From: Fimbriosthenelais zetlandica
Taxonomy: Eukaryota
Direction of reading: 5' to 3'
DNA: 64,000 bases
Assembly: GCA_977030845.1 (NCBI GenBank)
Contig: OZ365110.1
Coordinates: 30,070,001 to 30,134,000 of the forward strand
Positions 35,401-49,368 of this stretch are shown here, in pieces. The notes under the pieces are model-generated. The model was not told the DNA's origin, ran no database searches, and saw only the letters and a list, made by a program, of their open reading frames with translations. Every line of letters starts with the position of its first letter. Within the stretch, counting starts at the first letter, position 1. A program made the position numbers and the translations under genes.

Positions 35401-38400
35401 TTACATGACTGAATTGAAGGCCAAGATTGAGGGCCTGGTGTCTGAGAAAGCAGCTGTAGAGGGGCAGATCAATGAGCTTCAATTCAAGCTAGAATCCAGC
35501 CAGGAAGATGTGGAATCACTCAATATTACCGTGAAGAAACTGGAGGAGCAGCAGGAACAGATGAAGCAGGAGTGTTCTCAACTAAAGGACACAAACCAGA
35601 GCCTCCACACTCAACTGACTGACTTGACGAATGAAAAGGAATCACTGGAAGGAAAGTTAGAAACAGAGACTGATCAACTCAAAGACAGAGAGATGGAATT
35701 GCTTGAATCCAAGAAGAAATCCGAAAGTTATGTGAGTGAATTAAATGGAAAGATTGAGGGTCTGGTGTCTGAGAAAGCAGCTGTAGAGGGGCAGGTCAAT
35801 GAGCTTCATTTCAAGCTAGAATCGAGCCAGGAAGATGTGGAATCATTGAACATTACCGTGAAGAAACTGGAAGAGCAGCAGGAACAGATGAAGCAGGAGT
35901 GTTCTCAACTGAAGAACGTGGTTGAAAGCCACCAGAATGAACTTACTGAGATGAAAAAAGAAAAGGAGTCTCTTGAGGGGAAACTTGAGTCAGAGACTGA
36001 TCAACTTAAACAAACAGGCGAGGAATTGCTTGAATCAAAGAAGAAATCTGAGGGTTATGTAAATGAACTGAAAAGTAAGATTGAAAGCCTGAACAGTGAA
36101 AAAGTGGTGGTAGAAAGATTGGTTGAGGAACTCCGATTTAATCTTGAATCCAGTCAGGAAGACATTGAATCACTGAACATTACTGTCAAGAAGCTAGAAG
36201 AGCAACAGGAACAGAAGAAGCAGGAGTGTTCTCAACAGAAAGACAGCATCCAAAACCTCCAGACTGAGGTGATAGAGCTAAAGAAAGAGAAGGAAACACT
36301 GGAAGGAAAACTAGAGTCTGAGTGTGATCAGCTCAAAGAAAAAGAAACCGAGATGCTCGAGTCAAAGAAGAAATCTGAGTGTTACCTGGATGAGTTGAAA
36401 ATGAAAATCGAGAGTCTTACCTCTGAGAAATCAGCAGTTGATAAACTTGTTGAAGATATGACATTCAAGCTAGAATCCAGTCAGGAGGATGTGACATCTC
36501 TCCACCTAACAGTGAAAAGTCTAGAGGAAAAACAGGAACATTTGAGGCATGAATGTTCTCAACTGAAAGATACCATTCAAAATCTTCACACTGAACTGAC
36601 TGACCTTAAAAAAGAAAAAGAATCACTGGAAGGAAAGTTGGAATCCGAGACTGATCAACTCAAAGAAAGAGAAGGAGAATTGCTTGAATCAAAGAAGAAA
36701 TCGGAAAGTTATGTGAGTGAATTAAATGGAAAGATTGAGGGTCTGGTGTCTGAGAAAGCAGCTGTAGAGGTGCAGGTCAATGAGCTTCAATTCAAGCTAG
36801 AATCCAGCCAGGAAGATGTGGAATCACTCAATATTACCGTGAAGAAACTGGAGGAGCAGCAGGAACAGATGAAGCAGGAATGTTCTCAACTAAAGGACAC
36901 AAACCAGAGCCTTCACACCCAACTGACGGACTTGACGAAAGAAAAAGAATCACTGGAAGGAAAGTTAGAGTCTGAACAGGACAGATACAACGAAGCAGCA
37001 GACCAGTTGGTCTCCTCCACTGAGAAATCCCAGTCATTGGTGGCAGACCTAGAGAGGCAAATAAAGTGTCTGATGGAGGAGAAAGCAGGTTTAGAGAAGG
37101 AGGTAAATGAGGCCGGGTTCAAGCTGGATTGTGGGCAGAGTGACTTGGAGGATATGACTGAACAGTGGAAAGAAATCTGCTGTAAACTGCAGCAGGCAAC
37201 GCAGGAGAGTGGAGAACTCAAAAACAGGATTCCCTCCCTGGAGGAGGAAAAGGTGAAGCTAGAGACAAGTAAAGAGAAGATACAGGAAGAGTTGAAACTC
37301 AGTATTGAAGAACACAACACAACACAGGAGAAATATACTGAGCTGCAGATCAAGTCAGACAGCTTTGAGAAAGAGATGAAAACTAAATTCTCCCTACTTG
37401 AAGAAGAAAAGTCTAAAGTTGAGAAGGAGATTCAGGAACTGATGTGCACTGTAGATTCTAAAGGTGAAGGTCTTGAGAGTGCCAACCTCCAAATCGATAG
37501 TTTAACAGTTTCGCTAAGTCAACAGGAACAACAGATTCAACAACTAAATCAGGAGATAACAGATCTTAACCAAAAGTTCCTGACAGAAACTGCTGATAAG
37601 GAAACACTTGGTGAGAAAGCTTCAGCAGCAGAGGCTGAACTGAAGCAACTGAAAGAGGAAAACGCTGAAACTATCACTAAACTGCAAGCGGCACATCAGC
37701 AACTGACAGAGCAGGTGACTGCTCTTAAAGATCAGCATGAGAAAACGTGTGCTGAACTCACGTCTCGAGAAACTGAAGTGGGAGAATTAGAGGAGAGAAT
37801 GAGAGAAGTGAAGGAGGAGGTGGAGTTGAAGAAGGAAAAGGTGGAGCAGTTAGAGCAGCAGCTTGAGACTGTAACTGGCCAGCGGGAAGCACTGAGAGCT
37901 GAACTGGATGTAACAGAGCGAGAGAAGAACTCCCTGCTCAATAATCTGGATGGTCTGACAGAGGAGGAGAAGGGGTGGAAAAAGCTTCAGGAGGAATACA
38001 TGACAGAGAGACAGAATTTGCGCAGTCAAATCACTCAAATGAAAGAAGAAGCAAACTGCCAGGAATCCAGGCTGAAAGAGGCCCATGATGAACTATTGCA
38101 GATCCAAGGAGCATTAGAGGAGAGCAACTCTCAGAAAACGCAGGTTTTAGAGAATGAAGAGCTGCTCCAATCTAACATCACTGGCCTCAAAACACAAGCT
38201 GAGAAACTCCAGGCAAGTATCCAAACCCAGGAGGACAGGGTATCAGAACTAGAGGCTGTCCTCGGTCAGAAAGAAGCCACAATGGAAGACCTGCAGAAGA
38301 GTCTAGATGAGGCAGAGGAGGTCTTACACGAGGAACAGAGAACGACTGCTCAGAGGATCCAAGAGAAAGACCGTGAAATGCGCTCACTCTCTGAAGAGAA

Positions 38401-41400
38401 AGAAAAGCTAGCAGACGATTCACAACAGTTGAAACATGATCTTAAGGAAGCAGAGGAGGAGATGGAGAGTTTGAGGGCAGAGAAGGAGGGAATACAGAGG
38501 AAACTAGTTGAGATGAAAACTGAGCTTAGTTGGGAGAAGGAACGCCTCGAAGACCAGAACAAAGACTTAGAAGGCCAAATCATAGCCCTCAAACTGGAAA
38601 TAGAAGCCCATCAAAGTACTCTGATGATGAGGGAGACTGAAATCAGTGATCTGGTAATTAATCAACAGAATATTATGACAGAGGTACATGCTGAACATGA
38701 AAGGATCAATGAGGATTTCAGAGTTCGTTGTAATGAGCTAGAGTACAAGCAGTCCGAGACTAAGAAGCTCATGGATGAAGTAATAGAGCAGCACAATCTC
38801 AAAATCGCAGAGATGGAAAATGAAAAGTCTGAACTCAGTGCTAGTCTAAAGAAGGAACAAATTGTAAACGAAGAGCTCAGAAGAACTGGTGAAGTAGAGC
38901 AGGAACTTAAAAAATCCAAACTGGCAGCATTAGAGGAAGAAAATAGTTTTGCAGTACAAACTGTCCGTGAAGAAAAGGAAAAACTGGAGACTGAGATCAA
39001 CTATTTACACCAGGAAATCTCTCAGCATAAGGATGAAGCCAACAAAATTGCGATTGACGTGGCCCAGAAAATAGCAACCCTGGAGGCAGAGAAGGTGGAA
39101 GTTGAAAATGTACGTCTAGCAAAAGAGGAGGAAATAAAAAGCCTTGTGGTTCAAAAAGAGGAACTACAAAAGAAAATGTCAGATAGCATGAACATGATTG
39201 AAAACCTTGGAAGTGCCATACAAAATTCTGAGGTGGATATGCAACACAAGATCCAGAGCCTGTCAGAAGAACTCGCCAAAGCTGAGTTTGAGAAAGCTGA
39301 GCTGAAGGGAGAAGTGGAGAAAGCAGAGGTTCACAGAAAAGCCATGGAAGAACAACACTTGCAGGAGGACAAATGTATCAAGGAAAAATTAGATTTTGAG
39401 TTGGAACAAAGCAAACTGAAGGAAGCATCCATCTATGAACTTGAGGTGAGATCAGTGACGCTAGAGAGTGAATTGAAACTTAAAGATGCTCAGATTGAAA
39501 CTCTAAAGAAGGATCTTGATTCAGAAATTTCAAGGGCTGCCGGCAGTATACAGGAACTTGAATCTCAAGTTGAAGCACTGCAAGAGGAAAGTGCAAATTT
39601 AGAGACGGAGTTGAATCAAATTAAGTCAGAAAAGGAGTCCTATGAATTAGAGGCTTGTGAAAAACTAAAGGTAGAAGACTCAAAATATAAACAGGTACTG
39701 AAGGAAAGAGAGGAGGAGAAGGCACTTCTTGAAAAACAGATGGAAAACTTAAAAGATGAGCATAAGTTTGAAGTGGACGCACTGCATAAAGAAGTGGATG
39801 AAAGCAAAGAAAGATCTACTGAGCTTCAGTCAAAACTTCAAAGGCTGCAGGATTCATACTCCCAGGAGGCAGTTGAGAGAGGGCAGCAGATGGCCATGCT
39901 AGAGCAGATGAAAGAAGAACTAATGGCCAGTCAGAGCAGCTCTGAGCAGCAACATCTCGCGATGCAACAGGAGTTAGAGTCTGTAAAAGTTAAACTCACC
40001 GAGATGACACTTGAGGCGGAAAAAACAAAGCAAGACTTGGAATCCAGCCAAGCCAGTCTGGGTCATGATCTACATGAATTGCAGAATGAACGTGATAAAT
40101 TAGTGTATGAGAAGACTCAGCTTGAAGAACGGTTGGAGAAGGAAGCTCTCATAACTGAGGAAGCTACGACCAGGCAGGCATCTGAAGTCTGTCATCTGAA
40201 TGACAAATTAGATGAGCTCAGCAGGAAATGTGCTGAGAAAGAAGAGATTGCCAGTGAACTTGAGAGACGCCTATCAGACAATGCTGAGCAACTTGTCTTG
40301 AAGCAGAACGAAATAGAAGAACTTGAAAATAAACTGGAAATGGAACAGTTGCAGATACGCAAGATAGAATCAGAGATGCAGACCCAGACAGACGAGCTCA
40401 AATTTAAGATTGAGACTTGTGATACCAAGATAGAACAACTTGAACAGGAGAAAGAAGAGAAAATCAGTGAATTGAAAGAGGAACTCAGAGAAGAGATTAT
40501 TAGAATGACAAATCTCATTGAGGCAGCTGCTCAGGAACAGGCTGAACAGGAGATTAAATTAAAGGCACTCGAAGAGGAGAAAACATTCACAGTTGAAACA
40601 TTACAAGCAGAGAAAGAAGCAATTGAGTCTGAATTGACTGAATGCAAGAGCAGCTTAGCTTCACTGAAGGATGCTTCCAATAAAACAAATTCAGAGACAG
40701 TACAGCAAATAACTGAGCTGACCTCAGAGAAGACACAGATAGAAGAAATGAAAATTTCCCTAGAGATGCAAGTGAAAGATCTGACAGCAGAGAATGAAGC
40801 GATAGAAGAGAGACACCAGGAAGAGCTCCAGGCTAAAGAGGCTGAGACCCTCAAAATAAAGTCTGAGTTGGAGAGAGTTCTCGATGAGAATAAAGATCAG
40901 ATTGAAGCCCTGACGCTCAGCCAGGAAGAGGGACAACAGGAAATGAATCTGAAAGAAAGAGAAATAAAGGAGCAGTTAGCAGAATTAAGCAGAGAGGTGG
41001 AAGACCTGAAAGCTGAGCTCTCCAAGTCTAAAGAAGATTTCTCCATCCAGTGTTCCTCCTTATCATCTGATCATCATGTCACACTCTCACAAGTCATGGA
41101 GGAGAGGAACCAACTTCAGTCTAAACTAGAGAAGGTTGAGGAACTCTCTAAGCAGGACAAGGATTCCCTCAATACAACTATCAAGGAAAAATCTGAAGAA
41201 ATCTTGCAGCTTGAGAACGACATGAAACAGGTTAGGGTGGATCTGGAGGCCACAGAAACAGAACTGACAGCCACGACTGAAAAGCTTGAAAAACTAACAG
41301 AAGATGTAGAGAGTGCCGACTGTGCATTGAAAAAACTGGAAGTAGAGCTGGAAAATGGCAATGCCTTATTAATATCAGAAAGAAATGGTCACGCAGAACA

Positions 41401-44400
41401 ACTAAGTGAACTCGAAAGTCAATTGAACCTGAAATGTTCAGAATATGAAACGATTGAGAAAGAACTGGTGCACATCCAAGATGAGAATGCTCGGGTACTG
41501 AAGGAAAAGGAAGAACTGGAGACATCACTTCACAAAGCTAATGATGAATATAACAAGTTGAAGGACCTGGAACAAGAATGGGTCGAACGGACTGAAGAGG
41601 TGGAGAAGGAACTTGATGAAATGACTAATGAGAAGAATAAGCTGGAGGAAAGACAGCAACTGATCGAGCGGCAGGAAAGTGAGATGATGAGTGAGAAAAC
41701 AGAGATAGAGGACAGATTGAACAGCAGGGAGGAAGAACTATTAACAATGAAGGAACAGTCTGACTCATTAAGGTCCCAGGTGTCTCAGCTGGAGGCAGAA
41801 ATGGAGGCCTTACAAAAGAACAATAATCTCCTTTCTACTGATAAAGACGGCATTAATGCTGAGCTTCAAGCACTAAGGGATCTGGAGGAAAAGGCCAGGG
41901 TTGAGGTCGATGAGCTGGAAACCACCCAAGAAAACCTGACCCAAAAGGTGGATGATTTAGAGGAAAAGATATCTGACCTGAAAAAAGAAAATGAAACGCA
42001 TAAGTCACAAATCAAGTACCTCGGGGAGACGGTGGATACTTTGTCAGATTCTAAAGACAAGTGTGACTTGTTGGCAACAGAAAATTGCCAGCTTAAGAAC
42101 CTGATTGAGGAAAATGCCTGTGACACTCGGCGCTCACTTGAGCTGCTGCAGCAAGATCTGATGCGGCGGGAGAAAAAGATGGAGACACTAAACAAGCAAC
42201 TAGAGGATCATCAGTTGTCCCTGGAAAGCCTGGAGGTTGAGAAACAAGAGGCGTTACAAGAAATTGATACATTGAAATCAGAAATTTCTACTGGGAAAAT
42301 AACACAAGCTGGCCTGGAAGAGAAGCTCAGAAAAGCTCAGGAAGAGCTTGAAAGTGAGGAAAAGAAGACTCAGGAACAGGAGGCCATTTGTGAAGAGAAA
42401 GACATGGAACTCTCAGCCTGGGCAAGTGAAAAAACCGATCTAGAATCAGAGCTTAAAATCAAGGAAGAGGAGGTGTTGGCCCTGAAGGAAAAAGTAGAGA
42501 CTGATACGAAGGAGAAGGAAGACCTAGAAGGGAAAATAGAAAAAATGGAGGCACAGCTTGAAAAGTTAGGTGAGAAGAAGGAAAAGTTAGAAGTCGACCA
42601 CATGCTGGAGTTAGATGCAGAACATGACCGCTTCCTTCAGGTACAAGAGGAGATGAGAGGCGTCAAAGCTGCCCTGGAGCAAAATGCTAGAGACCTGGAG
42701 AAGGCAGAGGAGGAGCGAAGAGTGCTGGAGGAGCAGACCAACCTGCTGGAGGCCCGACTTAGTGAATTAACAGAGGAAAAGACTGAAGTGGAGAGAGAAA
42801 TATCAGAACTACGTGAAAGTCATGCCAGGGATAAGAAGTTAATAGAAGAGCGACTTACAGAGAGAAACAAGGACAATAATGAGTTGTTGAACCGAATGCT
42901 CCAGAACGAGGACATGATCTCTTCCCTCACAAGCTCCAAGAGTGAGTTAAGGGAAGAACTGACCAACTGCCAGTCCAAGTTAGAAGCCACAGTACAGCAG
43001 CTACAAGCACTGCAAGACACTGGGAAGCAGGAGGTACAACAGCTAAGTCAGGATCACCAGATGGAAATAACAGCCTTACAGACAGAGAAAGATCATCTCA
43101 CTACTGAGCTGGCCCAGGCTGAGGTGGAACTCAAACTCAAACAACAAGAACTGGAGGTGTCCCGCCAGACCGGGGAGAAAGACACAGAGTTGGTGAAACA
43201 GCTGAAAGAAGAGATGGGGGAGATAGAGGAGGAGATAAAGAGAGTTAGGGGCGAGGCTGAAGAGAAGGAGGTAGAAGTTACAAGGCTAAGATCTGAAATT
43301 ACATCTGCCCAGACCCAGATGCAGCAATCTACCGAGGCCCTGAGCAACAAACTTGAGGCAGTACAGTCAGGTGCAGATGAGCATGTAGAGACTCTGAAGT
43401 ATGAAATAGAATCCCTCAAGCGAGAACGGGACAGGTTGAAGAAGGCCGGTGCAATGAGTGAAAAGACAATGAAGGAGGCTTATAGTCAGAAGGAAGACGA
43501 ACTGATGGAGAGGTTAGACGAAGCAGAGCAGAAAGTCACTTCATTGACCTCCAAGGTAGGCACTTTACAAGACCAACTAAAAGCACGAGTCAGCCAAGCC
43601 AAGGCATTAAGCCGAGACCACACCAAGCAGGCACTGCAACTCTCACAACTGGAGGCTGAGGTGAAGAGACTGAAGGAGGAGGATACAGAGAGGGAGAACC
43701 AGCTCTCTGCTGTTCAAGATTCACTCTCACAGCTCAAACAAAGTAACAAACAACTAGAGACTGAGAATTTAAAATACAAGACACAAATGGGGGCACTCAG
43801 CGCACAGCTTGAGAGTGCGCTCAATTCCCTACACACGGCGGAAAACACAGCCAAACATGACATGGAACAAGCCAGAATGAAGGTAAATTATTCTTTGCTA
43901 CACAAAATTCAAACTGGGCTTTACTTGTAGTTGGTAAATAACATTTTCAAATATGTTGAGGGTCTATAAACTAATGTTACTAATATTGGGCAGGGGGTGA
44001 GGGCGGGATCACATTCCTGTTACTTAATATAATTATCTGTGGTTTAGCCATTTTATCATTGATATCAATTATCATATGTATGTAGAGAATGTATGGTGTA
44101 ATATTAAACGTATTAAACCATTTTGGCAGCATGAGGAAGAGATACACCAGCTGGAGGAGAAGTTAAAACAGAGAAACAAAGCCCTCTCACCACGACGGAC
44201 ACGAGGACGTAAGGTAGATATGAATTAAAATATTTTCAGTAAGGGACTTGTGTTTATGGGTTTTTTTTAGTTACAATTTTTATAGAGCCTGTTATGTGTG
44301 AATACCAGCTCACACTCTTGATTGCTCAAGTTTCTCGTATGATTTTATGTTATGTTTCTTTATGTATATATTGATTGAAGTCCGATATAATCATTTTTGT

Positions 44401-47227
44401 GACAATTGATTATTTTAGTCTCTGAGTGAGGTGGAGAACAATAACCATCTGTTGGAGAGTGAGTTAGCCCTGAAGGAGGACGAGTTACAGGTGGTACGGA
44501 AACACATGGAGCAGCTTGAGGGAGAGAGACAAAAGCTACAGGACAAGGTGAGGCAATAAATTCACCATGTCCAATGACTATCATTTTGATGCAGCTCTTC
44601 AGTTAAAAACCGAATTAAGATTCTTTCCAGGTCGTCATGGACTAGTCTGGAACATATGAAGTCATTTGCTCATCTCGGCTATAGTTGTCCTCTTAGTACA
44701 TATTTTCCAGATATATACCAAAGTGGCATTGCTCTCATATGATATAATATAAGAAGGGGTTGGATGGATGCAAGAAAATAGTTTGGAATTCAATGTGTAC
44801 ACTGTTATTTCGCTAAATGATGTAGACTATACTATATCGTTGCTTGGTGTTAAATTGTTTGATGAATAAAACTATCAGATTTTGTACAATCACTATTCCA
44901 GGTGTTAAATCATTATCTAACCTGAGCTGTCCTTGCTAATCCTTCCCCTTGTTCTTTACTAAGGTGACAGTATTGGAACAAAATGTGACAGAGAAGCAGG
45001 AGGAGTTGTCAGCAACGGAAGGAAAAGTGACACTCATGATGCGTTGTCAGAAGCAGGATGACCGCCTTCGGCAAAAACTACAGAACCAGTTAGCGGAGAA
45101 GGAAGAACAGATTAAAAAAATGGTCTCTGAAGCTACGAAACGAGTACAGCCAAAACCAGAGAATAACTCGGAACAACCTAAACCGGTAAGAGAAATAATT
45201 TTATGGCTTAACTTTATATATTACTAACTGAATTGTGAAAAACAGAATTAACAGTGAGCCAACTATAAATTTAAGTACTTCAATACAGTAAGAATTAAAC
45301 TACCCACAAGACTGATGTCCTTGAAATTTTATCGAATATTTTAAAATGGATTTGATTTCTATGGGTTATAAGGATACCATACATCATATGAAAATTTGTC
45401 TTTTTTAATAGATGTCTTTTGTAATAGATTTTATCTCTATTAATCAGGGTCCGTCACTTGCCCCGGATCTGTGTACAGTGAAGATCAGTCCACCCAAGCG
45501 ACAAAAGGTTCAGCAAGCCTCCTGTATTCAGGCACCACAAACTCATCTGAAGCCCACAACTCATGGTAAATCCCCGAAAGCCAGCCTCAAAACTACCTCC
45601 GACCCCGCCAAAGGTACTGGTTCCCACCTTCAGCCCCCACAAAGTACAAATCTTGCCCTAAAAAGTCCTGCAAAGAAGAGCCCCTATAAACCGCAGGCTT
45701 CTTCCACAACTACAAACGCCAAACGGGTTGCTGCACCGCCCACTACACCAGTACTCGCAAAACGGGTCCGCATGGCTGTTTCTCCGGCCCCCACCCCCAC
45801 CTCCAGCTCAAGTGCTCAGGGTGAGTGCCTGTTATATGATTCGGGGGCTAGTTTCTGGAATTTTCGTGTTTGTCTTTATTAGACAACTTCATAAGTAAAA
45901 TAATTAGGTAGTATTCTCATGGGGAGAGATTCTAAATGCTGAAACCTAGCTTTGAGTGATAGCTAACAGAGAAAAGTATTCTGTTATAGTTTGTGAGATC
46001 TATTGTAACCTCTTGTCTTTTTATCCAAAGGTGCTGGAAGTCAGACGCCCACACCTCTTAAGGCTCGTCGCTGTCTCTCACTCTCTGCCAAAAAGAAACA
46101 GGATGCAGCCTCCAGCTCTGTGATACGAGACGCTTCCTCCGGGCAAAGAGGTACGCCTCAACGTCTGATGGTACCACAAGCCGTACCTTCTGGGAGTCAA
46201 CCCCATACTACAAGCACATCCACAGAACCTGCCATCACAAAGATCATTCCTAATACTACAGAGACGGCCCAGACGGTAAGATACTTCACATCATGCTACA
46301 AGTTTATTTATTAAACCTAGACATTTTCAACCGGTGCATTCTCAGCAGGAGCAAGGCTCGAAATATGGGATGAATAAGCAATTTTTGAAGTTTAATAAGC
46401 CTTTTATTAGTACCAATTCCATTTCTACAATGTATTTTCAGGCGGCCAATTATATCTGTTTCTTTATCACACAGATAGTTTTGTACAATTTGTCCATATT
46501 ACAATAAAACTTCTATTTACAATTTATCAATTAAAATTCATAAAAATAAATACCCACCCCACATTACCATTAACCCCTACCCTCGCGCCTCTGATTCACT
46601 TCTTATATACTACTACAAATTACAGTCATCTCATTATGTCACTTTCTACAAACATTCACAATGGTAACAATGGTATCGGTGATAATGTTATTGGTACATA
46701 GATGGTCATTGGTACATTGGCACAGCGGACCCTAGCCGAAAATACATTATTGACCAAATGCTATCATTTATATACAAAACAAATATTCAAACCTACCTAA
46801 ATTACACAAACAACATTTAACACCTTAACCACTGTAACTCCACTAAACCAGCTGTATTTTTACCAGTAGAACATTAAACCATACTCCATCATCCATGGAA
46901 CCTCCATTCATTTTACACACTCTAGATCTGTGATTGACTTTATAACAAACATAATAGATTTATAAAAGACAAATTTCTGATTTTGGTTTGTTTCAGGTTC
47001 CCCTCACTTCCATCACGAACAGTCCGTCTAAAACAGGGCCGTCCAAAAGCACTGTCAAGAAATCTGAAACTGATGTGCCAGCCCGTTCAGCCAAACCCGC
47101 AAAGCCCCAAGGCACCATGATACCATCACGACGTAACCTTCGCTCAGCAGCACTCCAACAAAGCGGGCAGGTCAAAGAACGAGGACAACATAAAGGACAA
47201 AAGCCGGAAGATTGTAAAGTGCAGTGA
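28665..47227 (+). CDS. CENPF: Centromere protein F orthologue, ~4175 aa; exons 28665-28802, 29052-29267, 29438-29639, 29857-29876, 30026-30238, 32756-32823, 33054-33252, 33695-43882, 44130-44213, 44419-44547, 44964-45185, 45448-45820, 46031-46275, 46997-47227
   Basis: The N-terminus MSWAASEWKDGLPHRALRKIEEIENCCEKLQKERSQKQFQFESLEQALAKQKRK parallels vertebrate CENP-F (MSWALEEWKEGLP..AL.KI.E). A very long coiled coil follows, then a basic Pro-rich tail and the C-terminal CAAX CKVQ*. All exon phases join into a 12,528-nt ORF. Confidence 0.92.
31740..32510 (+). repeat. Interspersed repeat in a CENPF intron, same family as 13620-14290, with long A-run
   Basis: Shares segments with 13690-13770 in opposite orientation. 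Contains GTGACGTCA and AGGTCAAAGGTCA motifs and an A-run of about 35 nt at 32452-32486. Boundaries are approximate. Confidence 0.55.
33361..33611. mobile_element. Short MITE, hAT-like termini
   Basis: Starts TAGGGTTCCCGC and ends GCAGGAACCCTG. Internal (A)GGTCTTAA/GGCCTTAA motifs are repeated. TAGAT lies directly on both flanks, but no 8-bp TSD is seen. Confidence 0.55.
35423..36975 (+). repeat. Coding tandem repeat, 327 bp (109 aa) period, about 5 high-identity units inside the CENPF giant exon
   Basis: KIE(G/S)L codons start at 35423, 35750, 36077, 36404 and 36731 (exact 327-nt spacing). More diverged units extend upstream. Confidence 0.92.
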
Positions 47228-49271
47228 TGATCATATCTAGTCTAATTACCGCTTAAAATCACTGACAGACTAACTCCATGTATAGATGACTTTTATTTCA
47301 GAGCAATGATAATCCCCTGCTCCAGTTTAGTCTGTTCTAAAAACAGACCCCTGAACATTCACTGGGAAAAACTTAAGGATTTTCTCATCATATAATAATC
47401 TCTTGTATGTGCCTTTTTATGTCAAAATCTGCTTTTCCTCATAGTATTAACCGTGATACGTAAAAGTGGTTACCTAAATACTTTTTCCTTGATGTTATAA
47501 GACTTAGTTTTATATGAGTACTCTTGCATTCTGTTAGTTATGTTCTACTGTTCTACTGGGTTTTTTCCCAAGGCAAAGCATGTAAACCTACATGAAATCA
47601 TAAGTTAGGCTAACGTTTCACATTTTGTTCCATTTCATTTCGGAGGATATTTTTTTTTATTGTTTTTGGCCTCTGGCATTGGAGTAAAATATAAACACAT
47701 TTCAAGTCATATTCAGTTAACATGAAATCTATTGTTTGTATGTTCGCTATATATGTACAGTGATCTTGTAAATATACTGTTATGTACAAATCACTGTCTT
47801 CTTGATTTCCTTATCTGAACAACATTTACCAGTAATTATGAAAATACGGCAAGATGGATGAGTAGAGTAGTTGGGACTATCTCGAGAAATCTATCAAATA
47901 TGAAATAAGTTGGAGAATTTTAACCCAGCTTCATTGGGACTAATTGATTCAAACTAAATTTTTAGAAATGTAACCTCCACTAATCCCATTTCTGGTAGAG
48001 GTTGTAGGGTCATCAAATCCATTATGATAGTCATAATACCTTACCTATCAATATATATAATACGGATGGGGGGTCTCGTCCCAGTCGTGGAATCGTGAAT
48101 CCTGGCGACCCCAAGTTCTGTATTCATTCCATATGATGATGACACGGGCTCTAACATATCTAAATCTTGGACAAAATGGTGAATTTCAATTATACTTTTG
48201 GTCCAAGGTAGGCCTAGCTAAAAGCAGGGGTGTTAAAATTAGTGAAAATATATCCTTAGACCTTTAAACTCATTCGGGAATTTTGTGATAGTTCTGAGTG
48301 AAAATATATTGAATACTGCATGGTAGGACACATATTAAATAATTCTTACTTACAGCTAGGTTGGATTCATGTCTGTAGAGGCACCTCAGTGCTTGGGTCA
48401 GTACTGTAGACCAGTGTAAGTCACTGATGGTGTAGTGATCAACTTTACTCTCAATATCCATGTCACCATACGTCATCTAAAATCAAGGCACCGGTAAGCA
48501 GCAGACATATAATAAGCGATACATTGATTTAACGTCAAAAATCCCCAAAAGACGTGATGCTTTATTTTTATCTTTCCAGGTGACACGATTGTATTTGTTC
48601 TAGACATGGTCTTCCACGTAGGACCCACCGGCATTGAGTGAAGACAGCTGACCACCCCACGCACTACGAGTTACAAGCGGGGGACATCAATGCCTATACT
48701 ACCCCCTCCTACTCCTTCTAATCATCTTTATGGGCTTTTCTATCCTTCATGTCTGCATAATAACGGCGCCGAAATACACGATAATCATTGGATGCGGCCT
48801 AATATATACCTTTTCCACCTTGTAGGCTACATGTTCGGTACAGTCCAGCGCTCGGGATTCAATAAATTCAGTAAAGCTATGTGTTCTCATGCATCATTGC
48901 GCAGCTACCCATTCCAATAGCCTACCTCAAGTACACCGCCCCCGCACCCCCTCCCCGCCAACCACCCACTACACTCCCTCAAATTTAGCCTGAACTGCCC
49001 CGGACAAGGCTCATTGCATCATTGCGCAGTTACCCATTCCAATAGCCTACCTCAAGTACACCCCCCCCCCCGGCCCCTCCCCTCGCCCCACCCTCCAACC
49101 CATTCGCCGTTAACACCCTCCAAATACACCAGCCCGATTTGAAACGGCTAACATGTCAAAATCCCTTGGAATATCCCACTGTGTAGGTACTGTCCATATA
49201 ATAGAATAAGAATAGGCGCCATTGTTAAAAATTATTTAGCCCCCCGGACCCCTCCCCGGCCCCCAAACTCT

Positions 49272-49368
49272 AATTATGTAGCGAGCAGAAAAATGACTGA
49301 TTAGACAAGGAATCGAACCCCGGTCTCTCACGTTCCAGGCCAGCGTCTTACCTGTAAACCACCAGGTC
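49272..49368 (-). mobile_element. tRNA-derived (SINE-like) head, copy 1
   Basis: Minus strand GACCTGGTGGTTTACAGGTAAGACGCTGGCCTGGAACGTGAGAGACCGGGGTTCGATTCC has A-box-like and B-box (GGTTCGATTCC) elements. The acceptor and anticodon stems do not pair well enough for a real tRNA. Confidence 0.6.

Noticed and set aside
33931-43419. Many minus-strand Ser/Leu/Phe-rich ORFs of 60-146 aa
   Set aside because: Antisense shadows of the Glu/Lys-rich CENPF exon.
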